Positions 42,950 to 56,500 of a stretch of 64,000 nt of DNA are shown here, in pieces. The number at the start of each line of letters is the position of its first letter. Positions within the stretch are counted from its first letter, which is position 1. Under the pieces are notes generated by a model that saw nothing but the letters and a program-made list of their open reading frames with translations, did not search any database and was not told the origin of the DNA. Position numbers and translations under genes: made by a program. The stretch comes from Pelagomonas calceolata (Eukaryota). The DNA lies in assembly GCA_918797485.1 (NCBI GenBank), contig CAKKNE010000006.1, forward strand, positions 1,116,001 through 1,180,000, written 5' to 3'.

Positions 42950-43924
42950 TTACCGAATTTTCTTCGAGTCCTCCTCCACAAACACCCCGGACGCGACGCC
43001 CCGCCGCAATTCGCCAAGCATGAACGTCGTCCGCGTCCACATGAGGGGCGCCGTGCCGACGGTCACCAGGGCCACCAGGAGGCAGAGGAGCGGGCCGCCG
43101 TCGAAGCCGGCCCCCGCCCATCGAAGCACGTAAGTGACATAAAGTGGCAAAATCAGCACGTGGCAGCCCGTCATGAGAATGGCGTACAAGACGGACGCCA
43201 CGCGCCCGCCGCCGCTCACGGTCCAGATGACGCAGCCGACGCTCCCGCCCTCCATCGCCGCGGCGGCGCCGGCCGCCGTGAGGCATCTAATGGCATCTTC
43301 CGGATGTTCGCGGCAGCCGGCCCAGATGACGGCCGCCAACAACGCTGTGAGGTTGTGGTGGGCCGTCATCATCCAGTCCGACCTAAACAGTAGTAATTCG
43401 CGGAGCTGCATCCCGGCGATGCCCGGCAGTGCCTGCGCCGCCAGCGCGCAGGCCCAGGACGCATCTTTCAACAGACCGAGCCCCGTCAGCGCGATGACGA
43501 TGGACGCGGGCGTGAAGAAGAGCCCTTGGAACACGCCCGAGTACAACCAGGCAAAGAGCGGATATTCCCGGAAGCGTTTCTGACATTTATCGACGCCGCA
43601 GCCCGCATCGGCCGTGGCGAGCAACAGCGCCACGGCCACGTTGAGGCCGAACCACGTCGCCGCGACGTCGACGAAGCGGTCGCGCGACGCGTCGAAGGGT
43701 GCGGGTGGCTTCCTCGCATCGCACTCGAGCTGCGTCGCGATCTTGACGAGGCAAGAACATGCGGCCAAGCCGTAGCACGCGGCGAGGCCGAACCTCGTCG
43801 CACCGCGGACGCTCACCAATCGTTTGAATGGAAAGCGCAGGCTCGAGAGCTCCGCGCGGGCCTGGCGGCCGATGGTCACTATCCTTGTGTTCGGCACGGC
43901 GTTTGTTGCCGCTTCGGCGGGCAT
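42950..43924 (-). CDS. Multi-pass membrane protein (TLC-like)
   Basis: Several hydrophobic helices; MMTAHH and MEGGS motifs resemble TLC domains. Confidence 0.55.
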   Translation of the reverse strand: MPAEAATNAVPNTRIVTIGRQARAELSSLRFPFKRLVSVRGATRFGLAACYGLAACSCLVKIATQLECDARKPPAPFDASRDRFVDVAATWFGLNVAVALLLATADAGCGVDKCQKRFREYPLFAWLYSGVFQGLFFTPASIVIALTGLGLLKDASWACALAAQALPGIAGMQLRELLLFRSDWMMTAHHNLTALLAAVIWAGCREHPEDAIRCLTAAGAAAAMEGGSVGCVIWTVSGGGRVASVLYAILMTGCHVLILPLYVTYVLRWAGAGFDGGPLLCLLVALVTVGTAPLMWTRTTFMLGELRRGVASGVFVEEDSKKIR

Positions 43925-44114
43925 TGTTTTGTGCTACTTACACCTTACAGGTGTGCAGCCAATTGGTGGTGCGACCGCAGTGATGCCGATCGTGTATTCG
44001 CTGCACGATAGGGTATGCTTCGAGGAATCAGGAATCGGTACCGTCACCTATGTAGCTTCAGAGGTAGCCGCTGATACTTTTACGATACTTGCAAAAGCCG
44101 GGGCGTCTGCTTTG

Positions 44115-44135
44115 CTAGTGTCTTACGACCGCTAG
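44115..44135 (+). promoter_or_regulatory. Recurrent intergenic motif CTAGTGTCTTACGACCGCTAG
   Basis: Consensus match about 190 bp upstream of the minus-strand gene starting at 43924. Confidence 0.6.
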
Positions 44136-44461
44136 GGGTACCAGGCGTAACATATATATCTCAAGAACACCGGTCTCTAAATATATCACACACCAAGGAC
44201 GCATAACCCTACGCCCCTCATGTATATACACATGTAATCGCGGCATCTGGTAGATATGTATGGGTACTTGTACCTATAGCTATCCCGGGCCGATCATGTG
44301 TTCTAGTCATGAGTCCGTGTGAAAAATCGGGCTCGAGTCTATTTCCGCAACAGAGTTCGTAGTACGTTCTTTACACATCCGACACGGACGAGAGGGGGAG
44401 GGAGGGACAGGGTTGTGGCCGGGTCGCGCTTCGTCGCGGTGTCCGGCCGTCGAGAGGCGCC

Positions 44462-45592
44462 TCACGCCTGCTCGTTCTCCGAGAGCATCGGCGCGTAGTT
44501 GGCCTTGAAAGCTGCGAGCTCCTCGCGCTCGCGCTGGCGGCGCCGCGCTGCGCCCAACGCCAGCACGGCCAGCGAGAGCGACGCGAGGCACAAGGCCGCG
44601 GCGGACGCGAGGACGAGCAGAGAAGCGGCAGCAGCGGCCTCCTCTTCCTCGAGGGCGGCGTCCTCCTCCTCCGCCTCGACCTCGACGACGACTTCGCGCG
44701 TCGGCGGCGGCGGCGGCCGCTCCCGGACGTAGTCCACCACGTCGTCGAAGCGCGGCATCGGCGGCGGCGGCTGCGGCGGGCCGAAGCCGCGCGCGCGCGG
44801 CGGCGGCGGGCCCTCGACGCGCGAGAAGCGCGGCGGCGGCGCGAAACCGCCCGCGTCGAAGCGGCGCGGTGCCGGAGGCACCTCGAGGACCTCATCATAC
44901 AACATGGTATCGTCCTGCTGGACGAAGGCGTCTCCGCCGAAGAACGCGTCCACCATATCGAGGAGGCCTCCCATGAGCATCGGCGGCTTGGGCGGCGTGG
45001 GCGGCGCCAGCGTCGCGAGGTACGACGCGCAGGCGTCGCCGACGGTGGGCCGCGCCAGCAGGCACTCGTGGACGCGGTTCTCGCCGGGCTGCACGTTGCG
45101 GCACGTCTCGAGGATCTCGCCGCGGCAGTACTCGACGACGGTCGGCGCGCTCGCGAGGTGGGCGGCGCACTGCTCACTGAGCTGGTCGAAGTGATCACCT
45201 AAACAAAGGCGCTTCTCGAAGATGGACGCGTACGCGTCGTCGTCGTCGGTCTTGGAGCAGTAGCTGTCGACGTCCTCGCCGCACGGGCACCCGAAGTCGT
45301 GGCGCGACGGCCCATCATCAGAATAGTAGCGCGGCTGGTACATCGTCTGCTGGGGCGGCGGCCCGAAGAAGTCCTGGAGCATGGACCTCACGAAGCCGCC
45401 GGGGTCCTCCACCTGGTACTCCGTGCGCTCGACGATGACCAGGCCCTGGGGCGTGACCGGTCGTTGCGCGACCGCTAGTAGTTGTTCCACATCATCGGTG
45501 GTCAGCGTCGGCTGGCGCGCAGCCCCCGTGAGGGAAATGCGGGTCGTCTGGGCCGACGCTCCGAGAGCGAGGGCGAGGACGAGGCGCATCAT
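44462..45592 (-). CDS. Type I membrane protein with GLG1-type cysteine-rich repeats
   Basis: Signal peptide; CGEDVDSYC...CL...LSEQC and CRGEILETCRNVQPGENRVHECL; C-terminal TM. Confidence 0.7.
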   Translation of the reverse strand: MMRLVLALALGASAQTTRISLTGAARQPTLTTDDVEQLLAVAQRPVTPQGLVIVERTEYQVEDPGGFVRSMLQDFFGPPPQQTMYQPRYYSDDGPSRHDFGCPCGEDVDSYCSKTDDDDAYASIFEKRLCLGDHFDQLSEQCAAHLASAPTVVEYCRGEILETCRNVQPGENRVHECLLARPTVGDACASYLATLAPPTPPKPPMLMGGLLDMVDAFFGGDAFVQQDDTMLYDEVLEVPPAPRRFDAGGFAPPPRFSRVEGPPPPRARGFGPPQPPPPMPRFDDVVDYVRERPPPPPTREVVVEVEAEEEDAALEEEEAAAAASLLVLASAAALCLASLSLAVLALGAARRRQREREELAAFKANYAPMLSENEQA

Positions 45593-46103
45593 CGTTTTTT
45601 ATAGGCTTGGCGACGTCGAATGTACGCTAACGAGGGAGGTCAGTCGCGCTCGCAGCTCCTTCGATGAAGTTCGCAGCTCTTTTGGCTTTTGGCTTCTCTC
45701 GGGCGTGGCGGGCGCGTCAAACAAGGCGCCCGCGGATCTGCCGTCTAGAGATAAAAGGGGCGAACTCCCAACGGGCTCGCGGGGTCGTCTGAGGCCCTTG
45801 GGGCGGCGTACGGTGGCACTGAAATAGCGCTGCTGGCACGCGGTCAAGGCCTTGACTAGCGGCGCCAATGCGGAGCAGTCGTGACGGGAGCTCGACGAGA
45901 GAGCTTTCCGAAAGACAGCTGTACGGGGAAACCGCCGTTTTCCGAGGGCAGCGAATGTGCCGGGTTTTCCGAGCTAAACTCATATTTGCCGAGTACGCCG
46001 CCTGGGCCATTTAAACAGTGCACATAGCCTTTGCGACTCATTTCTTGCCTGCGCACTGCGCTCCGCACCTTTTTTTGCAGCTGTGCGGTCTCTGACTGCA
46101 AAA

Positions 46104-47010
46104 ATGGCTGCCATGAGCACAGCCTGCCAGCAGCGCATCGCTTTAAACGACGGCCGACAGATGCCCAGTTTCGGCTTAGGAGTGTGGCAGGCGCCGCTCG
46201 GCCAATGCAAGGCAGCAGTGCTGCACGCGCTGCGCTGCGGCTACCGGCACATCGATACCGCGGAGGTATACGGGAACGAGCAGGACGTGGGCGATGCGCT
46301 GGCTATCTTTTTGAAAGAGCGGCCCGACGTGCAGCGCGAGGATATCTGGATCACGACAAAGTTTTTCCCGCGCCACGGCGCCGGCCGTGCCGCGGTCGTG
46401 AGGGCTTGTAAAGACTCGCTGCGCAAGCTCCGTCTGCAGTACGTGGACCTCTATCTCATCCACGCGCCGCACACGCGCGAGCGCATCGAGCAGTACAGCG
46501 CTCTGGAGGCGTTGCGGGCGGAAGGGCGGTGTCGCAGCATCGGCGTGAGCAACTACGGCATTCACCACCTGCAAGAATTGCTGGCGGTATGCGCCGTCCC
46601 GCCGTGCGTCAACCAGGTCCGTGACCTCAGCGTCTGGTGCCTCCACGCCATCGACGCGTCGAATTTCACAGGTAGAGTGCAACCCGTTCATCACTCGTAC
46701 GCCGCTCCGTGAGTTCTGCGCGTCCAAGGGCATTCTCGTGGAGGCCTACTCGCCGCTCGCGCGGGCCAACAAGTTCCGCGACCCTCGCTTGCTCGACGTC
46801 GCGCGACGGTGCAGTTTGTCGCCCGCCCAGGTCATGGTGCGGTGGTGCCTCCAGCGAGGCTGTATTGTGATCCCGAAGTCCGTGACGCCCGCACGCATCG
46901 AGGAGAACGCGCAACTCGGCGACGCACCCCTGAGCGCGGCCGACATGAAATCGCTGGACGCGCTCGACGAGCACTTCGTGACCCACTGGGACCCGACGCG
47001 GTCGCCATAA
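46104..47010 (+). CDS. Aldo-keto reductase; exons 46104-46616 and 46672-47010 (283 aa)
   Basis: GYRHIDTAEVYGNE, ITTK, YVDLYLIH, SIGVSNY, spliced NQVECNP, AYSPL, IPKS. Confidence 0.92.
46617..46671 (+). other. 55-nt GT-AG intron containing CGCCATCGACGCG
   Basis: CAG|GTCCGT...TTCACAG|GTA restores the AKR frame. Confidence 0.9.
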
Positions 47011-47023
47011 CAACACTGTGAAT

Positions 47024-47773
47024 TTACAAAGGAGGCCCTCCCCCCCCGCTCGAAGATGCGGGCCCGGGGCGCGCGCTCCGCGGCGGCCGCCGCAGCTCGG
47101 CGCAGACGCGTCCGCGCGACGAGGCCTCGGCCGACGGCCGGAACGCGGCTGTATGCACGGCGCCGCCTTTTCCGGTCGCGTAGATCGCGCGCTCCGTCGG
47201 GATCGCCAGCAAATCGGCCGGCGCGTCGGCCGCGACGAGGGCATCACCAACTAACGCCGCTGCATCGTCGACGACGCCGGCGACGTCCGACCGAATTATG
47301 ACTGCGCCGGTCGCGTGCGCCGCCGCCGTCGCGAAGAACGCCCGCGTGAGCATGCGCCGGTTCTTATTCCTGTTTTTCCAGTGCGGGTCCGGGAACTGGC
47401 AGAGGACGTGCAACGTCACACCTCCGGCGTCGCGCCACTCCGCCAGGAGCCGCGATAGGTCGCCGGCCGCCGTGTTCGCGGGTAGGAATGCGCAATTTGC
47501 CGGCGCTCGCGCTGCGCATCGTGCGAAGACGTTTTCTCGCACGTCGACGCCCATGAAGTTGAGGTCTCCGCGGACCGCGGCGGCGGCGACGCACCACTCG
47601 CCCTCGCCGCAGCCGACGTCGACGACGAGCGGTTTCGAGGTGTCGAGTCGTTGCTGCCAGGCGCCCCAGCGTTGCGCGAAGTCGCAGAACTGCGGCTTCA
47701 GCGGGTTGAGCTGCTTCGGCACGGCGCCGTCTCTTCTCCGTCCGCGGCGGCCGCGTTTGCGAGGCTGGCACAT
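47024..47773 (-). CDS. trmB: tRNA (guanine-N7) methyltransferase, TrmB family
   Basis: QLNPL, DVGCGEG, NFMGVDVR, FPDPHWKNRNKNRR, IRSD, PTER. Confidence 0.8.
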   Translation of the reverse strand: MCQPRKRGRRGRRRDGAVPKQLNPLKPQFCDFAQRWGAWQQRLDTSKPLVVDVGCGEGEWCVAAAAVRGDLNFMGVDVRENVFARCAARAPANCAFLPANTAAGDLSRLLAEWRDAGGVTLHVLCQFPDPHWKNRNKNRRMLTRAFFATAAAHATGAVIIRSDVAGVVDDAAALVGDALVAADAPADLLAIPTERAIYATGKGGAVHTAAFRPSAEASSRGRVCAELRRPPRSARPGPASSSGGGGPPL

Positions 47774-48298
47774 CAGTGCTCTCCCAGCTGAAATGGACTT
47801 AGGCGCTGTTTCGAGCTGCAAGCCGTGGCAGCGATGATCAGCGATGATCAGGCAGTTAAATGTTCGTCTATCATGCCCAGAGAGCTGACACAGACTGCAC
47901 CAGACGGCTTCAAAGTCTAAGCTAGCTACACAGCCCACAATACCCGCACGACGCCTTCGCCGTCGTGACGCAATTTCCCAGCGAGGAACACCCCTGGATG
48001 TTGTCAGGAGACGCCTCGTCGAGAGTGACTTAACCCGCTCAGGTCGAATTTGAGAGGTTGTTTTTGTGACCCGAGTCATCTCGGATAGTGCGAAGCACTA
48101 TTGGAAGTAAGTGTACTCGGACACGGCGCAACGCGGTCCACTTGCCACCACCACCGCTTGCGGCTCCGGTTCAGCGCCCGCGCGAGCCTGCACGCAGCCA
48201 AAAGCACCCGAAAGCTAAAAGAGCGCTGCTCTTACGCCCACGCTCACGCCCCTCGCAGCGTGCCCCTCGCGCAGCTCGCGCAGTACGACGCTAACACC

Positions 48299-48874
48299 AT
48301 GGCACGCTGGCGCACGACGGTTTCGATCGACGCCAAGGCCGCCCGCGGCATCGCGGCCCACGTCGCGACGCTGCAGACCGACCGCGGTCCGGCTGGCGCG
48401 CACGCCGCGTGCGCCCTCGTGAAGCTCGCGTACGCGTCGCCGCACCACCGCAGCAAGATTATCCAAGCGGGCGCTCTCAAGCCCCTCGTCGAGGTGCTGC
48501 GCGACGGCGCTGAAAGTGGCGGCGGCCCGGGCTTCTCGGCCGTCGGGGCCGCCTGTCAAGTGGTGGGCGTCCTCGCTCACGACCCCGGGATGGCCGAGAT
48601 CATCGTCGCCGCGGGCGCGTCCGAGCCGCTCGTCGCGCTACTCAGCACGGAGGCGGCGGCCGCGGCGGCGACGGCGATCCAGACCCTCGTCACGAACGGC
48701 GCCGACGCGTTCGCGCCGGCGCGCGCGCCGCTGCAGCTCCTCCTGGCCGACGGCGATGACCGCGCGAGATGCGCGGCGGGAAGCGCCCTGACGGCGCTCG
48801 GCGCGTCCAAGGTGCGCCTCGAGTCCCTCGAGGACGTCGAGTCGCGGTTCTTCCGCATCGTGACGCCCTCCTAG
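48299..48874 (+). CDS. Armadillo-repeat protein
   Basis: IIQAGALKPLVEVL and IVAAGASEPLVALL ARM motifs. Confidence 0.75.
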   Translation: MARWRTTVSIDAKAARGIAAHVATLQTDRGPAGAHAACALVKLAYASPHHRSKIIQAGALKPLVEVLRDGAESGGGPGFSAVGAACQVVGVLAHDPGMAEIIVAAGASEPLVALLSTEAAAAAATAIQTLVTNGADAFAPARAPLQLLLADGDDRARCAAGSALTALGASKVRLESLEDVESRFFRIVTPS

Positions 48875-49004
48875 TCCCCGATTACCTGTGCCCTAAGTTT
48901 TCCACCTGTCGCGACGTTTGCTCGGCGACGCGGTGTCTCCTCCCCAGGCCACGTGCCCTAGCATCGTAGCAGACACGACGGCAAGGGGTGGGGCATGGTC
49001 CTAC

Positions 49005-50150
<1,146 letters not shown>

Positions 50151-50506
50151 TCAAAGACGCGACCCTGAGCCACGCGTGCTTGCTCGTGCGAGGTGCACTC
50201 GGCAATTTTGCGCATGGGGCCAAGGTACGGGTATTTGGAGAAAGAGCCATCCGTCCAGGACTCCATGGAGCCGTCGCGGAGGGGTCTCCGGGGCGAGCCA
50301 TCGGGGGAACAGGGGGTCGTGCCTGTGGAGCGCCCGGTGGGCAAACCGCAACGGTGCCGGCCAAAGGGCAGCCGCGAGAGACCGGTTACGCGGGCACGCA
50401 CGCTCGTTAGAGCGCCAACGACCAGCAACCGTGTGACCGGTGCAGGTCGTTTGGGCAGCCGAGACCCAGTTCCGCGCGCACGCACGCTCGTCCATTGGGG
50501 CAGCCG

Positions 50507-53500
50507 ATGCCAGCACTGGCGCCGAAGCGCGCCAGCAAGAGTTTGAAGGCCGAGCGCGATAGAGACAGAGCACCGCCCGCCTACATGGTGCGCGGCAGGA
50601 AGACGCCGCGTGATCGCGACGACAGCTACAGTGACGACAGCAGCCGCAGCCGCAGCCCGAGCGACGACAGCAGATCAAAGAAGCGCGGCTTCGCGGCCAC
50701 GAAAACGAAGAAGCGCGCGCCGGCCAAGTCCGCGGCGCTCGGCTTGGTCCGGAAGGAGACCGATAGAGTCCGCGCGGACCTCGACCGCGAGGCGAGCCGC
50801 GCGCTGCCCGCGGCGCGGAAGCGCGACGGCGGCGCGGCGAAGAGCGCGCGGGCGGCGCTCGCGGCGCGCAAGGCCCGCAGCGGCGACGCCGGGCGCCTGC
50901 TGCTGACGGACCGGGAGAAGGCCCGCAAGTCGACGAGCCGGCGCGGCGCCTCGGACGACTCTGATGATGACGACGAGGAGTTCCGCCGCCACGCGGAGAA
51001 GTCCCGGCGCCGCAAGGACGATTCGGACGACGAGAAGCCCCGGTCCCGCGACAAGCCCCGGCGCCGCGTAGACGACGACGCCGACGACGACGACGTCGTG
51101 CTCGCCGGCCTGCGCAAGGCCAAGGACCTGGACGACGAGGACGTCTTCGGCAGCCGGCGCCGCGCCAAGGGCCGGGACGAGGACAGCGACGTCTTCAAGA
51201 GCCGCGCCAAGAGCCGGGACGACGACAGCGACGTCTTCAAGAGCCGCGCCAAGAGCCGGGACGACGACAGCGACGTCTTCAAGAGCCGCGCCAAGGGCCG
51301 GGACGAGGACAGCGGTGTCTGGGGCGACAAGTCTAGGAAGAGCCGGGCGGACGACAGCGGCGTCTGGGGCGACAAGTCGCGGGCCAAGAGCCGGGCCCGG
51401 GACGACGACAGCGACCCGTGGGGCGGCGACAAGTCTAGGAAGAGCGACAGGCCGCGCGCCCGGAGCCCGGCGGACGAGAGCGACGTCTGGGGCGACCGGA
51501 AGAGCCGCGCGCAAGACGACGACGACGACGCTTTCAAGTCGAGGACCAAGACGACGACGTGGCGCGTCCGCGACGTCGACGACGACGGCAACACGACGAT
51601 CACGTCGGCGCGGTCGCCGCGCGTGATCGAAGAGGCGCGCGACGACGCTATCGTGAATACGGTCCGGGACGGCGGCGCGTCGCCCGTGCCGTTCTCCACG
51701 ACGCGGCCGCCCGACGACGTCGCCGAGGCCTTCGACCGGTTGAAGACCGAGAACGCGGCGCTGCGCCACGAATTGGCCCAGTCCCTGAAGGCGGCGGACG
51801 TCCTCGCGGCCGGCGGCGTCGCCGCGGCGACGATGGCCCAGTCTTTAGCTGATGGCGACGCTCCCGGACGCGCCTTAGATGTGGTGTCTCGTTTAGAAGA
51901 CCAGGGCGCGGGGCCGGCGACGCGAACGCTCGCGGAGGTACCAATGATCGGTGCGGCGGCGCCCGTCTGCGCGGTGTCTGCCGAGCGGACCATGGTGCCG
52001 AAGCGCGGCCCCCGTATTAGTGTGTGGGGCGCGCACGAGCGGGCCGTGTCGTCGGCCATCGAAGATAGAATTACGAGAACGCAGTCGCTGGACTGCGTGA
52101 GCCGCCTGCGGGCCGCCGTGAGCCGCGTGAACGAGCGGGACGGCTACACGACGACGTCGAGAATCTACGGCGCTTTTAGAGATGCGGGCTTCCTCACTCT
52201 CACACCAAGGGACGTGGAAGACGACCTCTGCAAGGGTTTGTCCATGGACCAGCGCGGCCGCGTCGACGTCGGCGAATTACTCAGGCTCTGCGCGGACGTC
52301 GCCGACGAGTGCGCCGAGTCCATCCTCGGGGCTGGGGATTTGATCTCGCGCTTCGGCCCCTCCGCGACGGGCGGCCCGCCGGAGGGCTGGTCCGGCGACA
52401 AGCGTCCCGAACCCGATGACGACGACGACGACGACGAGGACGGGAGGCGCCGCCGGCGAAAAAGGCGATCGTCGCGGTCGCGGTCCCGCTCCGATTCAAG
52501 CTCGCGGTCGCGGTCGCCGCGGCGCCGCTCCTCGAAGTCGCGCCGCGACAAGCGGTCGCGGTCGCGCTCGGACTCGCCGCGGTCGCGCCGCCGCGGCTCC
52601 TCGCGCCGCGACCGGGACAAGCGGTCGCGCTCGCGCTCGGACTCGCCGCGGTCGCGCCGCCGCGACCGCAGGGACCGCGACAAGTCGCCGCGGTCGCGCC
52701 GCGACAAGGACAAGCGCTCGTCGTCGCGCCGCGGCGACGACAAGCGCTCGCGCGGCGCCGAGGGCCGCCTCTACGACCGCCTGCGCGCCAAGCGCGACGG
52801 CTCGCGCCGCCGCCGCGACGACTCGCCGCGGAGCCGCCGCGACCGCGACCGGTCGCCTCGCAGCCGCCGCGACCGCGACGCCTCGGACTCGCCGCGCTCG
52901 CGCCGCCGCGGCTCCTCGCGCCGCGACCGCGACCGCGACCGCGACGACTCGCCGCGGTCGCGCCGGACGGCGTCGTCGCGCGTGCTGGCCAAGCGCGACC
53001 GCGCGGTCACGGGCCGCGACGGCTACCCCGTGGGCAAGGGCCGGCGCGACACGCGCGACCGCGACCGCTCGCGCCGCCGCAAGGACGACGACAGCTCGAC
53101 GCTCGAGTCGCGCGACAAGTCCCGGCGCCGCCGCGACGACAGCGAGGACGAGAAGTCCCGTCGGCGCGCCTCGTCTCGCCGCCGTAAAGACGACTCCGAG
53201 GACGAGAAGTCTCGGCGCCGCACCTCGTCTCGCCGCCGCAAGGACGACTCGGAGGACGAGAAGTCCCGCAAACGCGCCACGTCGCGCCGCCGTAAAGACG
53301 ACTCGGAGGACGAAAAGTCCCGCAAACGCGCCACGTCGCGCCGCCGCAAAGACGACTCGGAGGACGAGAGGTCCCGCAAACGCGCCACGTCGCGGCGCCG
53401 CAAGGACGACTCGGAGGACGAGAAGTCCCGCAAACGCGCCACGTCGCGGCGCCGCAAGGACGACTCGGAGGACGAGAGGTCCCGCAAACGCGCCACGTCG

Positions 53501-56500
53501 CGCCGCCGCAAAGACGACTCGGAGGACGAGAGGTCCCGCAAACGCGCCACGTCGCGGCGCCGCAAGGACGACTCGGAGGACGAGAAGTCCCGCAAACGCG
53601 CCACGTCGCGGCGCCGCAAGGACGACTCGGAGGACGAGAAGTCCCGCAAACGCGCCACGTCGCGGCGCCGCAAGGACGACTCGGAGGACGAGAGGTCCCG
53701 CAAACGCGCCACGTCGCGGCGCCGCAAGGACGACTCGGAGGACGAGAAGTCGCGCCGCCGCCGCGACGACGACAGCAAGACGCTGAAGAAGCGCGACACG
53801 AATAGAAGGGTCACGGGCAAGGTCGTGGACGCCGTCAAGAGGCGGAGCAGGCACGAGGCCGGGAGCCCGCGCGACGCCTTCGCGCGGAGTCTGCGGAGGC
53901 TCTTCGAGGACATGGACGTGAACGGCGACGGCGTCCTCTCGAAGCGGGAGATCCGGGACGCGTTGTTGGATCTGGGCCGACGAGACAAGGAGAACGCGTT
54001 CCTGAAACCAAAGGAGCTGCGCGACCTCTTCGACGACATGGATCTGAACGGGGACGGCAAGGTGTCGTACGACGAGCTCGTGGATTTTTTGGTGGAGCAC
54101 GTCGCGGGCGACCGGACGGCCCGGAAGGGCGACCGGCGCCGCAAGGACGACTCGCCGGCCAAGAAGGCGTCCGCGAAGGAGGCGACCTTCGTCAAGGCCC
54201 TCAAGAAGCACTTCGAGGACGTCGATAAAGATGGAAGCGGCGACCTGTCCAAGAAGGAGGTCCGCGACGCCCTGGTCTCGTTCGCGCGGAAGGATCGCTC
54301 CGGGAAATTCCCGAAAAAAGACGCGCTGCGGGACCTGTTCGATGAATTAGATCTGAACGGCGACGGCTACGTGTCCTATGACGAGCTCTGCGATTTTATC
54401 GACGAGCGCGTGTCTTCTCGCAAGAAAAGTCCGGAGCGGTCCCGCGGCGACGACAAGGCCGAGGTCACCTTCGCGAAAGCGCTGAAGAAGCACTTTGACG
54501 ACCTCGACAAGTCCGGGGACGGCGACCTGTCGAAGCGGGAAGTCAAGCAAGCCCTGCAAACCTTCGCGCGGAAAGACAAATCGGGCAAATACCCGAAGCT
54601 CAAGGAGATCACGTCGATTTTCGCAGACATGGACTTAGATGGAGACGGCCACGTGTCCTACGACGAGGTCTGCGACTACATCGACGAGCGCGTCGACGGC
54701 AAGCGGCGCCGCAAGGACGACGCCGACGACGAGAAGCCCCGCCGCCGCAAGAAGGACGACGCGAGCGACGACGACGAAACAGACCCGCGCAAGACCTTCG
54801 CCAAGGCCCTCAAGAAGCACTTCGACGACCTCGACAAGTCCGGTGATGACGACCTGTCCAAAAAAGAAGTGAAACAAGCCTTGGTCGCGTTCACGAAGAA
54901 GGATAAACAGGGCAAGTTCCCGAAGCTCAAGCAGCTCGCCGATCTATTTAGAGACATGGATCTGAACGGCGACGGCCACGTGTCGTACGACGAGCTTACC
55001 GAGTTCATCGACGGGATCGGGGGCGGCCGCGACACGAAGAAGGATGTGACCTTCGCGAAGGCGCTGAAGAAGCATTTCGATGATCTCGACAAGTCCGGCG
55101 AGGGCGACCTGTCGAAGCGCGAGGTCAAGCAAGCCCTGCAGAGCTTCGCGAAGAAGGATCGCGCGGGCAAGTACCCGAAGCTCGGCGAGCTGCGGGCGCT
55201 GTTCGACGCCTTCGATCTGGATGGCGACGGCTACGTCACGTACGAGGAGCTCTGCGAGTACATTGACGAGCGCGTCGACGGCAAGGGCCGCGGCGACGAC
55301 AAGGCCGACCCGCGGGCGGCCTTCGCCAAGGCGCTGAAGAAGCACTTCGACGATCTCGATAAGTCTGGTGATGGGGACCTGTCGAAACGGGAAGTGAAGC
55401 AAGCCCTGCAGAGCTTCAGCAAGAAGGACAAGGCGGGGAAATATCCGAAGCTCAAGGAGATCGCGGCGATCTTCGCAGACATGGATTTGAATGGAGACGG
55501 CCACGTGTCCTACGACGAGGTCTGCGATTATATTGATGAGCGCGTCGGCGGCGGCGGCGCGCGGCGCGGGCGCGCCGAGGGCAAGGGCGACGATACGCGC
55601 ACGACCTTCGCCAAGGCGTTGAAGAAGCATTTTGACGACCTCGATAAGAGCGGTGATGGGGATTTGTCCAAGCGGGAGGTGAAGCAGGCGCTCCAGACCT
55701 TTGCGCGGAAAGACAAGTCAGGCAAGTACCCCAAGCTCAAGGAGATCGCGTCGATCTTTGCGGACCTCGACCTCGACGGCGACGGCCACGTGTCCTACGA
55801 GGAGATCTGCGACTACATCGATGAGCGCGTCGACGGCAAGCGGCGCCGCAGGGACGACGGCAGCGATGACGACCGGTCGCCGCGCGGCAAGGCCGACCCG
55901 CGCGCCACGTTCGCGAAAGCTCTGAAGAAGCATTTTGACGACCTCGATAAGAGCGGTGATGGGGATTTGTCCAAGCGGGAAGTGAAGCAGGCGCTCCAGA
56001 CCTTCGCGCGCAAAGATAAATCAGGCAAATACCCCAAGCTCAAGGAGATCGCGTCGATTTTTGCGGACATGGACCTCGACGGCGACGGCCACGTGTCCTA
56101 CGAGGAGATCTGCGACTACATCGACGAGCGCGTCGACGGCAAGCGGCGCCGCAGGGACGACGGCAGCGATGACGACCGGTCGCCGCGCGGCAAGGCCGAC
56201 CCGCGGGCGGCCTTTGCGAAAGAACTCAAAAAGCATTTTGACGACCTCGATAAGAGCGGGGACGGCGACCTGTCGAAGCGCGAGGTCAAGCAGGCGCTCC
56301 AGACGTTTGCCAAGAAGGACCGCGCGGGGAAATTCCCGAAGCTCAAGGAGCTCAACGACATCTTCCGGGACCTAGATTTGGACGGCGACGGCCACGTGTC
56401 CTACGACGAGGTCTGCGAGTACATCGACGAGCGCGTCGGCGATGGGCGCAAGGCGAGCCGGTCGGACGACGACGACGACGACGACGACGCCGACGACGCG

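Noticed and set aside
53131..53770. Regular repeats as a possible CRISPR array
   Set aside because: Head-to-tail in-frame 54-bp units with no unique spacers, no cas genes, eukaryotic context.
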